NCBI GenBank assembly: GCA_910592345.1
Contig: CAJVPI010000052.1
Coordinates: 1 to 64,000 of the forward strand
Direction: 5' to 3'
Length of the DNA: 64,000 nucleotides
From: Paraglomus brasilianum
Taxonomy: Eukaryota
Shown here: positions 12,278 to 25,633 of the stretch, piece after piece
Position numbering within the stretch: the first letter of the stretch is position 1
How the letters are laid out: each line of letters begins with the position of its first letter
Position numbers and translations under genes: made by a program
The notes under the pieces: model-generated
The model's input: the letters and a program-made list of their open reading frames with translations, nothing else
Databases searched by the model: none
What the model was told of the DNA's origin: nothing

Positions 12278-14868
12278 TCATTCGCCTTCGTTAGGGTTTG
12301 GTGCATTCTCAGTGTTTGCAGCCGATGGTCGCGATTTCCTAATCTTTTTCTTCAACTTCCTCCATTTCCCACTAGTTAGGTTCATTTCGAAGACTATTGT
12401 CTCTCTAGTTTCTTTACCCAAAATAGGGTCTGTAATCCGAGTTTCATGCATATTAAACCGAAGAACGGAGTCGCCAGGATTCGGAAGTGTATCCTGGCTA
12501 CCACCATAATTTCCTAGCGTGAATTGTTTCTCTATAAAAATCCACAAAGTAAATAAATAATGACATAAGTTAACAACGAATTCTTTTAGAAAGTATCGAA
12601 AATAGCAAAACTCACCAAGAAACTTGATTATTGTGGCTTTGTCCTCCTCGGATAACAGACCACACTGATTGTTTAGTACAGTCTGTACCATTGAATCAAT
12701 TTGCTCCTTCGGTAATATATTCGTCTCAGACAATTGTGTTTGTGTGTTTTCCGAAACTTGCTCAACTGCCGCTAACAGACTGTCCGGTTTTTGCGCATCC
12801 TCTTCGTTTTTCGGGACGTTCGTTGGAGGAGGTGACGTCGGTGACGTTGGAGAAGTTATAGTTAGTTGTGAAGTTTTGTGAGGCAGCTCACTGTCTGATA
12901 CAGGTTCTTCCAATGAAACATCCTCTGCAACTGCAAATGGCATATGTTATCAGTAACGGCCCTATCGTAGTTGAAGTAATATTAAAAAAAAGAAAAAGAA
13001 CGCTACCACTATTTATTTTTCTTTTCTTGATGCGCACGCCTGCAAATCCAAAACAAAAACACTGTCAATAAAGTTTTCAAATATTTCTACGAAAATCTAA
13101 CTATGTGTGAAAAACAACACCCAAGTATAATGCTCACTTACCCTGAGCGTTATTGGCCGCATTATTGGCCGCATCTGCTTGAGCCTCCATTCGTGCAGCA
13201 GCTCGTTGTTTCTTCTCTGTTTCTTTTTGTAATCTCGCTTCTTCCCGCTGTCGAATTTTTTCGTTTCTTTCACGCTCTCGTTGTTGCCGACGTTCTTCTT
13301 CTTCACGTCGTTTTTCTTCTTGTCTTTTTTCTTTTTCTATACGCCGCTTCTCTTTTTGACTTTGTTCCTCTATCGAACAAGAAAAAAAAATACTTGAGTT
13401 AGTAACGTCAGTGTTACGGCCTCGAATGAAATATCAATACGTACCCATCTGAGTTTTTTTAATGCTTTCTTGTTGGTTTTTTATTATAGATGAGCCTACC
13501 GATATATCAAGCATCTGAATCTTGGATTGTTTCGGAAATGTCTTTCCCGTTGTTATTATATCAGTTGGCGAGTTCATAGCCTTAACAACACCACTCGACC
13601 CTAATTCATGTAGAAACAAAGAAACATGAGAATGGTTTTACCAAGTATGCAACAGAGACCCGTATACATAATGTAATCTGAAAGGCACACACTTTGACGA
13701 CAAACCTTTAGCTGTGCTGATCGGACCAAGCCTTGAGGTCGGCTGAGACTGATAGGATTGTCTCCGTCTGGGAATAAACATTGATGCTGACGAGCTTGAC
13801 GTTGATCCGACACGAGTTGGCATTGGTGGTCGATTGAGAGATGTATTTGGCACAGACTGTATCGAAGCGTTTCTGGCATATGGTGATGAGCTGGGGGTGC
13901 TTGCTGGAGCTCCAGTCAAGACCGTATTTGAAGTAAGATTAGTGCTAGAATTTAGCACGCTCAATCTGTCTTGTCTCAATTTTTGCAAATCGTGCACTTC
14001 GTAGGGAGACTCATTAACCATTTTAGCCTGTAAAGGTCTGGTGATGTCGTATAAATCAGGATGAATATATGGATATTCTGCTGGACGGAATCGAGTACCG
14101 TGATGCCTAACTAGATAAGTAATAAATCAAGTTAAGAAAGGAACAAGAAAAAAAGTTGGTCGCGCAAGGCAAACTTTCTGACATGGTCAAACCTTTTTCG
14201 CCCAAACGTAACCAGTTCTCAATAGCATCTGGATGGACTATAAGTTCGCCACGAAAATCTAGTGCCAAAGTTTTAGGATATGGTCGTAATATTTTTGATA
14301 TTTGACGGATCCATTCATCTTCATCAACGCAGCCAAAATTAATAATCTGTTTCCTCAAACGATTACAGAGAAGCGTTAGATATATTACTAAGCATTTTGG
14401 TACATCATTTTGTATTATCCAGAAGAGTTGTTCCAAGTTGAACTGCTATGCCACAGCACTAATATAAAAAAGATGGGCAAATTGCGCTCTTTATTAAATG
14501 CGCAGCCTTATTGACAGAACTCGGAAAACGGAAGGGAAATGTGCGTGGAAATTGACAGGAAAGAATGCGGAACAAAAACCACATATTTTGGCAGACGAAA
14601 TAAAGTCTTAGATCACAAGAAAAAGCCGTTCACCTACTTGGGTTAAACTGTCTTCAAATTGCTTTACTTGCAGTTTCTTGATACAGAGCATCGAAAAAAG
14701 TAAACTAAGCTTCACGGTCGAATTGTAGCTCCTCCATTGTTTCAGCACGATCCCCAATGAATCTTTTGTAAGTTCCAGAGCGACAGTAGTAGGAAAGTCT
14801 CTGACATTTAACTCGTTAAGCCTGTGGCGCCAGGCCTCGGGACTGGATGTCCGTCGTTCAGTGGCCAT
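12278..14868 (-). CDS. NELFA: Negative elongation factor A (NELF-A/WHSC2)-like protein, multi-exon
   Basis: N-terminal exons read STVKLSLLFSML...LTQ|IINFGCVDEDEWIRQISKILRPYP (exon 1 14868-14638, exon 2 from 14346). The C-terminus reads LSEEDKATIIKFL...LRFNMHE...IVFEMNLTSGKWRKLKK. Both match the two conserved ends of animal NELF-A as recalled. Confidence 0.8.
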
Positions 14869-15542
14869 GTTCTTGTGGGGAACGCAAAGTGAAGGGGTAT
14901 TTAAGCGAAAAGGCAAACAGCGTAGTGGCAACACAGTCGTATCACGTGATATGGATATAAAATGATAAATATTAACGTATCGGAAAGTATGGAATGACAC
15001 GTGAAGTTAAGTTCACAAAGAAGTTTGCTTTCTGAATAATAAAAGACTTGTTGTAATTCAGCATTCATAGAGGAGAGTTTTTCTCTAATCCATAACATTC
15101 TTTATTCCTTCCAACAGCTGGCTCAGTTTCTGCTTCCGGCAACTAAATTTGAGAACTCTAAATTAATTGTTAGGTTAAGGGAATTTTCTTTGTTAGCGAG
15201 CAAAACCTGGCCTTTGGTCATTTCCAATTTACTAATTATAGGCTTAGTAAATTGATACTCGTTCCAATTGTAATTGATCTCTATATGGAACAAATCATCC
15301 AAGGTAATATTTTCTTTCTCTCTTGTTAGCTGTGACGGTGTTAAAATTGCTCAGTAAACTCGTTAAATAGAAATGACGCGTCGATTAATTGCCTCTTTCT
15401 AAATAATATTCTTTTCGATTAGGAATTATTTCCCTGATATTGGGTTTATTTTTAACCGTCTTACAGAAGTACGTGGTAAGAGTTACATCTAGCTATAGAT
15501 AAGCACGCATCATACAAATGTGAATTTATGGCTCAGCAATAG

Positions 15543-15626
15543 GATTGCGTACGATTGATGTTTCGAGTCCTTTATTGATTGCGTACGATTGAGGTTTCGA
15601 GTCCTTTATTGATTGCGTACGATTGA
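15543..15626. repeat. 34-bp tandem repeat, about 2.5 copies
   Basis: GATTGCGTACGATTGA(T/G)GTTTCGAGTCCTTTATT at 15543 and 15577, partial at 15611. Confidence 0.9.
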
Positions 15627-17513
15627 ACTCGCCTTTTCCTTTACATACAGTAAATAACACTGGCAGTTGAGTGAACAGGGATTAAAAATACAACCAATAC
15701 AGCCATGATTATTGGAATTGAATCGACAATTTCGATAACAATTATCGAATTCTGGAGAAGTAATATGCCTACTTATAATTCACAAATATCTGATATACTT
15801 TAACGAATGATAATATTTAACAAATCTTATGTATAGCACATGTCGTCACTCTTTCGTTTTTTATTGGTAACTACGGTAACTGCTAAAGCTGCAATGTCGT
15901 CACTCTTCAGGAGAGTTGTACATGTATTGTTTGTGCCCTGAGACATGAGTTCAGGCATTGATCTAGCAAATAAAGTTGGTTCTATTACACATGCAAATAT
16001 GAACCAATGCAAAATAGTTATGTGCATGAGTTCCCAGACCTACGTGTTAAGGAATAGCACGTAGATCGAATCCAATTAAGACATTGCAGTATTTCAACAA
16101 GCCGTATAGCATTGATAACAAGTGTTTCTTGGGCGAGCAATTTTTTTTCAAGTATTCAACTTTTTATATAAGATAAGAAATTGCGTATTATCCAGGAGAA
16201 CTCTAAATATGCTCTTCATAGAATTTTTTTGCATTTGATTCTTATGTATACGTCTTCCGTTTTACTTTGTCATTGTTTCATCCGAATCATAGTGAAATTG
16301 GGGTGGAAATGGAAAATATTACTATAATTAAACGGGTATGCGATTTGCATAAATATCGGTTCAGTTTCTACCAAAGGTAACGTTCGCGTTTTTCTCTAAC
16401 AAGTCATATTTGTGAATATTGATGTAATATAGAAAATGCAATTTATACCTTTCGGCCTACAGTATCTATAACGCCATTATTCACATATCACATAACCGTA
16501 CGGATCTTCATTAATATTAATATAGCTATCTCTGATTTTCAGTGTACAAAGACGTCAAAGCTTTATTATTAGAAATCTGTATGGATGGCATGCGCTTATT
16601 GGATAGCATCTCACCGATGAAGAACGCTTTCCAGTATTGCTACTTATGTAATTAACGAATTTTATTTTTCTACGTGTGTGTGTTAACCAGTATGACTGAA
16701 TTCTTGTCGCCTGATCTAATGTTATCTTCTATTCGAACAAGATTTTTCGCAATAGCTTGGCAAGCCCAAAGCTCTACCCTGGTCATGTTAGAAACGCAGA
16801 CTTGTTAAAACCTCTATTCCTTTTCTCTAGGGCAAATTACAGGTAAAAACAAAAACAACTGTAAACGCAATATGTTCGGGACTTTATTCGAGCAGCTTCA
16901 ATTGTATCAGTAATATGATATTAAACGGCATTCTACATATTATTATCTAAAATAAATATCTCTAGGATCGTGCAAATGACAGAGATAGCGATGGCAAAGA
17001 AGAAACCAATGTAATCGAGTAAAGTTGAAGGTAACAGAGCTTTTGGTGAACAGTTTTGTGTCATATTAATTGCCAGAGATTGAGTTACGACTTTATTTCT
17101 ATATATTCTTAGTTGGTAGACCAGAAATGATTTTATTGCAAAAAATTATTTATTGACTTCACAACCATATTATTATGTATCCAACTCACTGTATCAATGA
17201 GCCTATTGCCATAATTATTTCTGCTGCTCCTTTAGAGAGATCGCACTGATTTTGCAGTTTGCAAAATAACCGTACCCATCGTAAATACTTCAGAGTCAGT
17301 AAATATGTTGGTAAGTCTGCAGCTGTATGCCAAAGTCGACGTTCTATAAGGTGCAATTTTCATTAGATGAGTCGCATGGCACCTCTTTAGGACCATAGCA
17401 AAAGAATGCTAGCGTATGCTATGAAGAGCAAGATATATTGAGCTGGTATACGGGTGCATGTAGTTATACAGGTGTATTTCAGTATTTGGGGAAGTCTCGT
17501 TTAAACGCGCATA

Positions 17514-17753
17514 CCGTATATTATCGTGAATAAGCACACCCCTCGATCATATGAAAATGATCGGTAAACCGTCACGTAATTAACAAACTTAGGGGGTTGG
17601 TTTATAGTAATCACAGTAACCAGAATTGAATTGTACAGTATTATAAAATGATTTATAATCACATGCATTATGTAATAAACTGTTAATTAGGGGTGCGTTG
17701 TGCGGGTAATCATGGTAATCATGGGGGTGGTGCTTATTCACGATAATATACAG
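17514..17753. mobile_element. ~240-bp MITE with ~25-30-bp TIRs (pogo/Tc2-like termini)
   Basis: Left TA|CCGTATATTATCGTGAATAAGCAC; right GTGCTTATTCACGATAATATACAG. The core of more than 20 bp is a perfect inverted match. Confidence 0.75.
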
Positions 17754-17837
17754 TGACCGTTTTTGTGCGACGGAGATCCGGAGACCTTGTGAGATCTGAT
17801 GAATCATGTGATTCGCATCCATAAACAAGGAATAATA

Positions 17838-18240
17838 CACTCACCTAATATGGGCAAAATTTACTATTAAAACATATGAAATTCAAAGTCTTTTTTCACC
17901 CACTTTTTTATAGACAACTGTCAATAAAATTACATTATTCGGAAGCCAATTGATTGTAGTTTATGAAAAAATGCATAATATTTTTATTCATATCTTGATT
18001 ATGAAGTTACAACGAATATATTTCACCCATCGATTGTTTTTCGATTGTCGATTTGCTTAGTATCGCGTTCGTTGGGTAAAATACATTCGTTGTAACTTCA
18101 TAACTAAGATATAAATAAAAATGTCATTTTTCATAAAATACAATCAATTGGCTTCTGAATAATTTGACAATGAAAAAAAGTATCGAATTTCACATGTTTT
18201 AAGAATAAAATTTGCCGATTCGGAGATAATTTTGATAGTG
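17838..18240. mobile_element. ~400-bp foldback/MITE with long imperfect inverted arms
   Basis: TA|CACT...AGTG|TA termini. Arms match across about 150 bp, e.g. ATGAAGTTACAACGAAT (18001) vs ATTCGTTGTAACTTCAT (~18085), and GAAGCCAATTGATTGTA vs TACAATCAATTGGCTTC. Confidence 0.85.
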
Positions 18241-18273
18241 TATTTTAGATGTCGTTAGTCTTTATTTTTACCA

Positions 18274-19805
18274 ATGTCTTCCTGTAATTTCGTTCAGCAC
18301 TTTCGTAGAAGCACAACCTCGCTTCCTTACCCGTCAAGTTCTACTTGTCCAGCCTCAACAATTGTTTTCAAGGCCTTACGCAAACTCTACATTTCACCCG
18401 CCTCATACTTCTTCCTCCAGCATGAATAAATTTGCAAAACAGCTTTCAGTACGAGATTTATTGTTATTTGTTGTACGTTGTTCGGTCAAGTTTCTCAACA
18501 CCTTTCCATTATTTGTAGATTGCGAAATTAATTGTAACTGGCTTTGTTGGTCTCATGTCAGTGGACCTTTTTTATGCTTGGCACCGGAACAGATTCAATG
18601 AGCGTCTTCTCAACGAGACTGTGGAAAAAGGGAATCGACCCGAACTTGATGTTTCAGATGATGAATTTGTTCCTCGACCTCAAGTTGTAAAAGATCTTAA
18701 GAACCGCCTAATAATCATTCATCTTACCATTTTGTCTGTGGTGAACATGGGACCGGAAAAACAACACTAGTTCAGGTTGCATCAAGAGAAATTGGGCAGG
18801 GTATCATATACGTTAATGTTCTGGATCCCGAAGAGTTTGGTGAAGCGTTTGAAAAAGCCCTTAACTCTGTCTTTGAAGAACATATTTCTTTTACAAAACA
18901 AATGGTGTGGAAAATCTTGGGTATAAAAACTAAAGATAAGATTATCTTTAATGCTTTATTATTATGAATAGGCATTTTGATCCCGATTTTCATCCTATAG
19001 ACACATCAAGCAATTCAAAATGGGAGAAAGCTCTGGATGCCTTTCAATGTGCTGCAAAACAAAATATGGAAACCCACCGGTTATTTTTTATGATAATGTT
19101 AGCCGATTGGTTGACAAATATCAAAAAATATGCCAAGGATAATGCTGATAGCAGAAAATATGTTGCGGCATTTGTCAGTAGTGAAAGGTGTTCTTCAAAG
19201 AATGGAATGTAAGTATTTGACAATTTTTCTGATGCGACCCAAGAATTACTTACAGATTGTGATCTTTATTTTAGCTCGTGGTGCTTGGTCACGTGCGAAA
19301 CAACCTGTGATGGAAATTGGTTAGCAAGGAAATATCTGACTAAGAAGCGCAATAATCAATGAAGTAGAAGCAAAAAAATTATATAATTGGTTGGTGGTCA
19401 GATTGTAGAGCTGAAGACTGTGGCGGACGATTGCATGGTTGGACAATCCTTCGAAGGTAAGGATTAGTTTTCGTTGTTTCGCATCAAATGCCTCTGCTTT
19501 TGATTGACTGGTTCTGTTTATATAGTCATTAAAAGTCAATCCTAACTAAAGTTGAGAAAAAGTTCATCATTGCCCAACTTCTTGAAAAGCAATTGCATCA
19601 CGAAGCAGGAAAGAAAGCAATCAGAGCTTTATTGGACTCTAAAGAGTTGAGCTTTACAACCTTTATGAAATTTTTCTATAATTATGAAGAAGCTGAAAAA
19701 ATATTGGGAAGCAACGTATTTACATATCACCCCGCAGAAAATACTGTTACTTTTCAGTCTCGAGTTATATATAGGAAACTAGCATATTCCTTAAATAGAG
19801 CATAA
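18274..19805 (+). pseudogene. Frameshifted P-loop (AAA-like) ATPase gene
   Basis: Walker A CGEHGTGKTTLV near 18737 is out of frame with the upstream FVPRPQVVKDLK. There are several more frameshifts, and a C-terminal NVFTYHPAENTVTFQS. Confidence 0.75.
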
Positions 19806-21294
19806 GACCTTGCATGGGAAAAAATCGCTCAGGATCCAAAGCCCAAAAGGAACGTTTCTATTCTTTGAGGTCTTATCTGCTCCCGCTAGCGTTATCACTA
19901 TGCTTATAATCGTTTTTCACCTCTGTATCTAACTCCTCCCCATAACTTCTGTGGTTTCATCTGCGGAATTACGAGTTAAATGTTTGTGAAATTTCCGGAT
20001 AGTCACATCTCCAAGACGCCTTTATTTTTTCTGAAATTATTGATGATTTGGTTCGTTTTTCTAGTCGACGGTTTTCTTTGAATAGGCGATCGAATCTTGC
20101 CAGAAAATTTGAACATCGCCGTATAATCTTGGGCATTCTATTAGACCTGGATCTTCGAGAGCCGGAATTATTATCGCGACTGCAAACACCATTTTTGATG
20201 TCGCGAACTTTAACTAACATTTGGAGCACGCGTAAAAAGTTTTCTCATTCACATGGCTTTGTTTTCAACGCGAAAATTAAGCGATCGCGTAAACAAAGAA
20301 CTTGTATTAAAGCACCAGCGACGTCTTCACTTTATTTATTTTATTCACATACTGAATGTCAATGGTTTCAAGTACAGAGATGGAGACTAAATGAGAAGTT
20401 ATAATTTTTGGCAAGACCGCAAGCGTTCAAAAACTAATTGCTTTGTCGTTATTGTATACTTTGTTACTGACGCTTTGGCTTTATATCCGTTCATTTATGA
20501 AACTTTGGCATGTGAATATTCACACATCTAATATGTTTGTTTCTATTCGCTTCTAACTGTTTAATTCTATCCGTTTAACTTACTAAATCGTTTACTTCTA
20601 TCCACTCCTGACATACTAAATTGTTCGCTTTTTCAACACATTTGTTTGTACTGCTGTACGATAAATAAAGATCCATATAATTGAGGAAATGATTTACATA
20701 TTTAAGTGTTTACGTGATCGAATAACCACCCCATATTAATTACGTATCAATTCAACAGCTTCAGCCACAATTAATTTAGTTCAATTGTTATTAAAAGCAA
20801 TGGAGAAAGGATATCATATTAAAGTTTTGTTAATAAATCTACTGCATCTTAGCTGTCAAATGAGGTATTAACTATGTTGATTGTTATGGTCGTTGTTACT
20901 CAGTGATCATTTCTTTACACACTGTATATATTAATATGCGACATTTTAAAAACAGTTTAGTGGAAAGTTTCGGATAAATTTGTAGACCGTCACATGTCAA
21001 CAATGCCGGATCTTCAATTCCTCGTGCGGATATTAATTCTCCCGGGCATCACTTGATTTAAATTGATGGCAAATCTAAATGCTCTAACCTCATTCTTCCA
21101 TTCTGTGTACGTAAACGGATAGCGATATGACATCATGTTTGCTTTCTATTAGACAGCCAAGATATCAGCCCATGGTCATCCCGTCCTTATATGAATATGT
21201 ATATGTATATTGATATGTAACTATATATATAAACGGCTTTATCATCATCCTTCGATCGATCCAATGTATATCATAATCCAAATTATACGTCACA

Positions 21295-23072
21295 ATGTCT
21301 ACTCGATTGTTCTTCGCCTATGTTTCAGTGATCATTCTCTCATCCAAGGCGCATGGCCAAATCAGTGAAGAGCAAATGACAGATCATTCTCACTCGCATC
21401 ACGACGACTCAAATACAATAGTTGAACTGACGGAAAGTTATGCTACATTAGATAATCAAATTTTGTTGTGGTTACATATTATATGTATGTCAGTCGCGTT
21501 TGTTGGACTATTTCCCGCCGGTAAGTAAATATTGGAGGTAGCGTAGTCATTGGAATTAAAGTCTGGCACTTTATATAGTGTGATATGATGTGATGAAGCA
21601 CACGCATTGTCTCTGATAATTTCACATCATGCTTACTTCTAACAAGGTGTGATGCTAGGTATATCTCGTTCGAGATGGCATCCATTCTTCCAGACACTAG
21701 GCACGATAATAGCCACTCTTGGTTATATCTTTATTCTCGGCTTTAAAACACAATCGCTTTACCCAAATAACTTTCATCGTAAATTTGGCTACATCCTTAT
21801 GTGCATCGTTACAATTCAGTCCGTATTCGGTCTAGTCAGATACATTTTCAAACCAAAAGATGCAAAGAGTCAAGGATTCTCTCCGATTGCATCAAATGAT
21901 TCTTCGCCCGAAAATTCTATATACGCAGACATGCCCGGATCAGCTGGCAGTTGTCGGTCGGAATTGTCGCAAAAACTGTTTAGCAACAGAGACTCAATAG
22001 ACATAGAGTCGACCGAGATGAATGAGCCTTCTGATATTACTTGTAAAACGAGATCAACATTTGAGAGTATACTTCCCTCCAAGATCCTGGCTATTTTATC
22101 TCACGTATCGTGGTATTATATACATAAAGTAATTGGTCGAATGTTTATTCTATTGACATGGATTCAGGTTATTCTAGGATTTGTGACATACACTGGTACT
22201 TGTCAGGGAGAACCTATGGGGAATTGCTTAGCACATTACATCAAGGGGTCGTTATTCGTATGGTTTGGTATTTTGGCATTTGCGAGATATCTTGGATGTT
22301 GGGCTAAATATGGATGGGCATGGAACGACGTCACTCCCGAAAAGAACGTAGTTTCGTTCTCTCTACTTGAAGCGTCTATTGTGTTTGCATATGGAATAAC
22401 CAATACATTCCTTGAGCATACCGGGGAGAGCACAGCGTGGAATCATCGCGACCTGCAACATGCGTCATTAGCATTCATGTGGTGAGTAGAACGATCAATA
22501 TCAGAAAAGAAATACATACACGTGCATATATTCTAACAGAATATCAATGCAAACATTGGCTTCTTAGGTGGTGGGCTGGTACGTGCGCTATTCTGCTAGA
22601 AAGCAAGCGTGTACGCAAAATAATCTCGCGAGGATTCAATGTACCCTTCACATCGACAACATCATCACCCATCCTTAGCCCAGTTGTGGCTCTCATCTTC
22701 ATAGCAACCGGTATTTCAATGGGGGCTCACCATCAGACAAGTGAATTCTCCATAAAAGTTCACCAACAGTTTGCGACTTTCCTCGTCCTTGGTGGACTGG
22801 CCCGTCTTGCTACAATTATTTTCCAAAGCATGTCCAAACGCGATTCCAAGACTAGATATGTCCCTTCCAGACCACCGACAGAAATAGTTACAGCATTCTG
22901 TATAATCGCGGCCGGATTCACATTAATGGTTGCTAATAAGGATTTGGTCAAATTGTTAGATGTTGTGTTAGGATTTGACTCCAATTTTGTGTTCAATTTG
23001 GTTGTCGCTAGTACATTCTTTATACTTTCGTATGAGATCGTGTTATTGACGATTATGAATTCGAGTAAATAG
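21295..23072 (+). CDS. YTP1/DUF2427-family multi-pass membrane protein
   Basis: Signal peptide followed by a His-rich patch. Motifs SRWHP, NCLAHYIKGSLFVWFG, GWAWN, NTFLEH, DLQHASLAFMW|WWAG, HHQ, SRPPTE. Two GT-AG introns. Confidence 0.85.
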
Positions 23073-23613
23073 TTATGTATGGTATCACTTTACGTATTGT
23101 ATAATAATAGTAATAGTAAATTAAAATACGCTCGCCTTAATGTCACACATTTTGTACCTTATAAATAAAACATACCGAGTTTACAAAGGATAAGTGGACG
23201 GTAAAAGTGTGGTAATGACTCGAGAGACTGTTGATGTTCCCGGTAATTCGCATGCTAATGCTCTGGTGGTAGGTAATAAATAGGATTGTAGCGGGTTGTT
23301 AGTTATAAAGAATTTGCTGAAATTTTCATCGTTCACACAACTGATTAAAGCTCTCAATGACTATAAACTTGAGCATGTCTAGCAACACGGAAAGCTAGTG
23401 AATAATTGATACATGTTTCAAATCGACTAGACATTAGAACTATACATACTGCATAAAAACAGTAGACTGATTAAAAATGAAAACATTAATGTACAAATAT
23501 CAAATCTATGAACGCGTGACCGAGATCACACAACTGTGGCGTTTATTTGTCGAAATTTAGTAGCATGTCTGAAATGTTCGATTTATTAATCTTTTTACAC
23601 AAAACTCACCTTG

Positions 23614-25357
23614 ATGACTCACAGACCAGCAAGACAGCAAGTAAGCTCGACAATCCGTATCCTTTGTCGTTCTGTACCATAATGGCATGATCAGTTCAAT
23701 CTAACCTAATCCTCGACATAGGCTGACAGTTCTGTATTATTTAACGGACGTGGTAATCCACCCGAAGGCAGTGGAACTTTTTACAATATTTGGTATAATC
23801 GATGGTCTGGTGGAGATCGGTCTGCTAGATATGCACAGTAAGTGTAGATCTTGAGATGTTGATATAGGTAGTGAATTCTTGTTAATTTGGTCTTTTATTG
23901 ATATAGTCGGGGGGAGAAAGCGAAGACACGCTGTGTCCCTTCCCGCGACGCTGGCGCAACAAAGGCAGACAAGATGCCGAATACGTATTTTTGTCTATAC
24001 TTTGCGCGGGGATGTTGTCCCTCTGGGTACGGGCTGCTGTGACAATTTATGCTTAACACGACTGAGTATTACAATTGACCTTTATTATATATTAGATATG
24101 AATGTAATTACTGGCATAGAATACCGACTGAGAACGATCTCGTGGATGCAACAATAGACTGTTTTGGCAGAGACAAATTTAACGAATATCGAGATGACAT
24201 GGGGGGTGTTGGTAGTTTTAATAGAGAAAATAGAACAATTTATGTGGGTCATATACATCTTGGACCTGACATGGAGGTATGTTTGAATCAGAGCAGTAGG
24301 CAGGTCAGAATGATCCCTAATTCAAGTGTATTTATTGTTTTTGTCGCGGGCAGGAAATAGTACGGAAGCATTTCAGCGAGTGGGGCGAAATTGATAAGAG
24401 TAAGAACCATAAAGAGAGAAAAAAATATTTTACCAAAAAATATGGGGGAAATGGTTCCGAAGATTTGAATATGAAATCGTTGCATTTAACTAGCCGAGTA
24501 AATGGATCTATTAATTATTAAATAGTATTATTGATGCTTTCCTCCAACATTAACTAACGATGATCTACTCTTTTTTTTTTTTACAAAGTAAAAATACTTA
24601 AGGATAAGGGAGTTGCCTTTGTAACTTACAATTCATCGTTAAACGCCGAATTTGCAAAAGAAGCTATGAGCTGTCAGAGTTTAGATCATGACGAAGTTCT
24701 GAATGTTCGGTAAATATCCTTAAAGGTGCTCTCATATATATATTTTATTCAATCAATATTTATTCGACTCTTTGTTTCCGCATATTACCTTTCGCCATCT
24801 TTTTATTGACGGTCAGCTGGGCTACGGATGACCCGAATCCGCGAGCAAAAGCGGAATATAAACGCAAAGCAGAGCTTATGGCCGCCCAAGCAATACAAAA
24901 AAACCTTCCGGCGGAATTTACTCTAATGCAGACCGAAAACTTTTGGAAACGAGCGCGATACGATACTGATGGTGAGAACTTTGGCTTAGAAGGATATCAG
25001 ACTCCGGCGGGATTTGTTGACGGGAGTTCGCAGAGTGCAGATTCGCAAAGTGCAGATTTGCAAGACATACCAACTCAGTCAGTAGAATTGCAGCCGCAAT
25101 TATCGACGGGGCAGATAGAAAGGACGCTGATTTCAAACGAGACTCTCCAAGCTTTGAAAGCGCTATCCAAAACTTCTAGCATTCCTATTGTTAATAAAAA
25201 GAGTGTAGCGAACGGGCCTGATAAGAAAGAGGATGGTGGGGGAGCCTTGAGCGGATTAGCTGCTTACGGTAGTGATGATGACGATGACGATGACGATGGT
25301 GATGGTGATGGTGATGAAGAGGACGGGGCAAATGGACTTGGCAAAAACAAAACTTAA
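23614..25357 (+). CDS. CWC2: Pre-mRNA splicing factor Cwc2 (CCCH zinc finger + RRM)
   Basis: RPARQQ, YNIWYNRWSGGD, FCLYFARGCCPLG, DCFGRDKFNEYRDDMGGVGSF, NRTIYVG, FSEWGEI, AEFAKEAMSCQSL, VLNVR|WATDDPNP. Confidence 0.93.
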
Positions 25358-25633
25358 AATAAAATTTGTTTCCTAACTTTAATGTTTCGCTAAATGCATT
25401 AGAAGTTCGAATACATATTAATTTCCAATTTAAATGTCAACTCAAATCTATTCTTAAGCATCTGATACAAATTATAAAAGTCAAGGCAACTCATTAAAAA
25501 TTAATTTTTAAATTTTGTCACTATCTCTTACAGCCAGCAGCTTGACAATCGTTGTTTTCAAGCTTACGAAATACTTATTTTCCTATCAAAGAAACGATAA
25601 CCTAGCCCAAGATGATATTAATTCTGTACAGTA

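Noticed and set aside
15543..15626. CRISPR-like array
   Set aside because: Contiguous tandem units without unique spacers, in a eukaryotic context with no cas genes.
19860..20404. ORFs 19969-20229 and 20048-20404
   Set aside because: Probably a decayed gene fragment; no motif could be supported.
23657..23665. GTATCCTTT, a perfect U12 donor motif in the first intron of CWC2
   Set aside because: It would be a phase-1 donor, but the downstream exon (GCT GAC AGT...) needs phase 0, which the U2 donor CAA|GTAAGC at 23641 provides.
24714..24722. ATATCCTT in a CWC2 intron
   Set aside because: It lies just inside an ordinary GTAAAT...CAG intron that already gives the conserved VLNVR|W junction.
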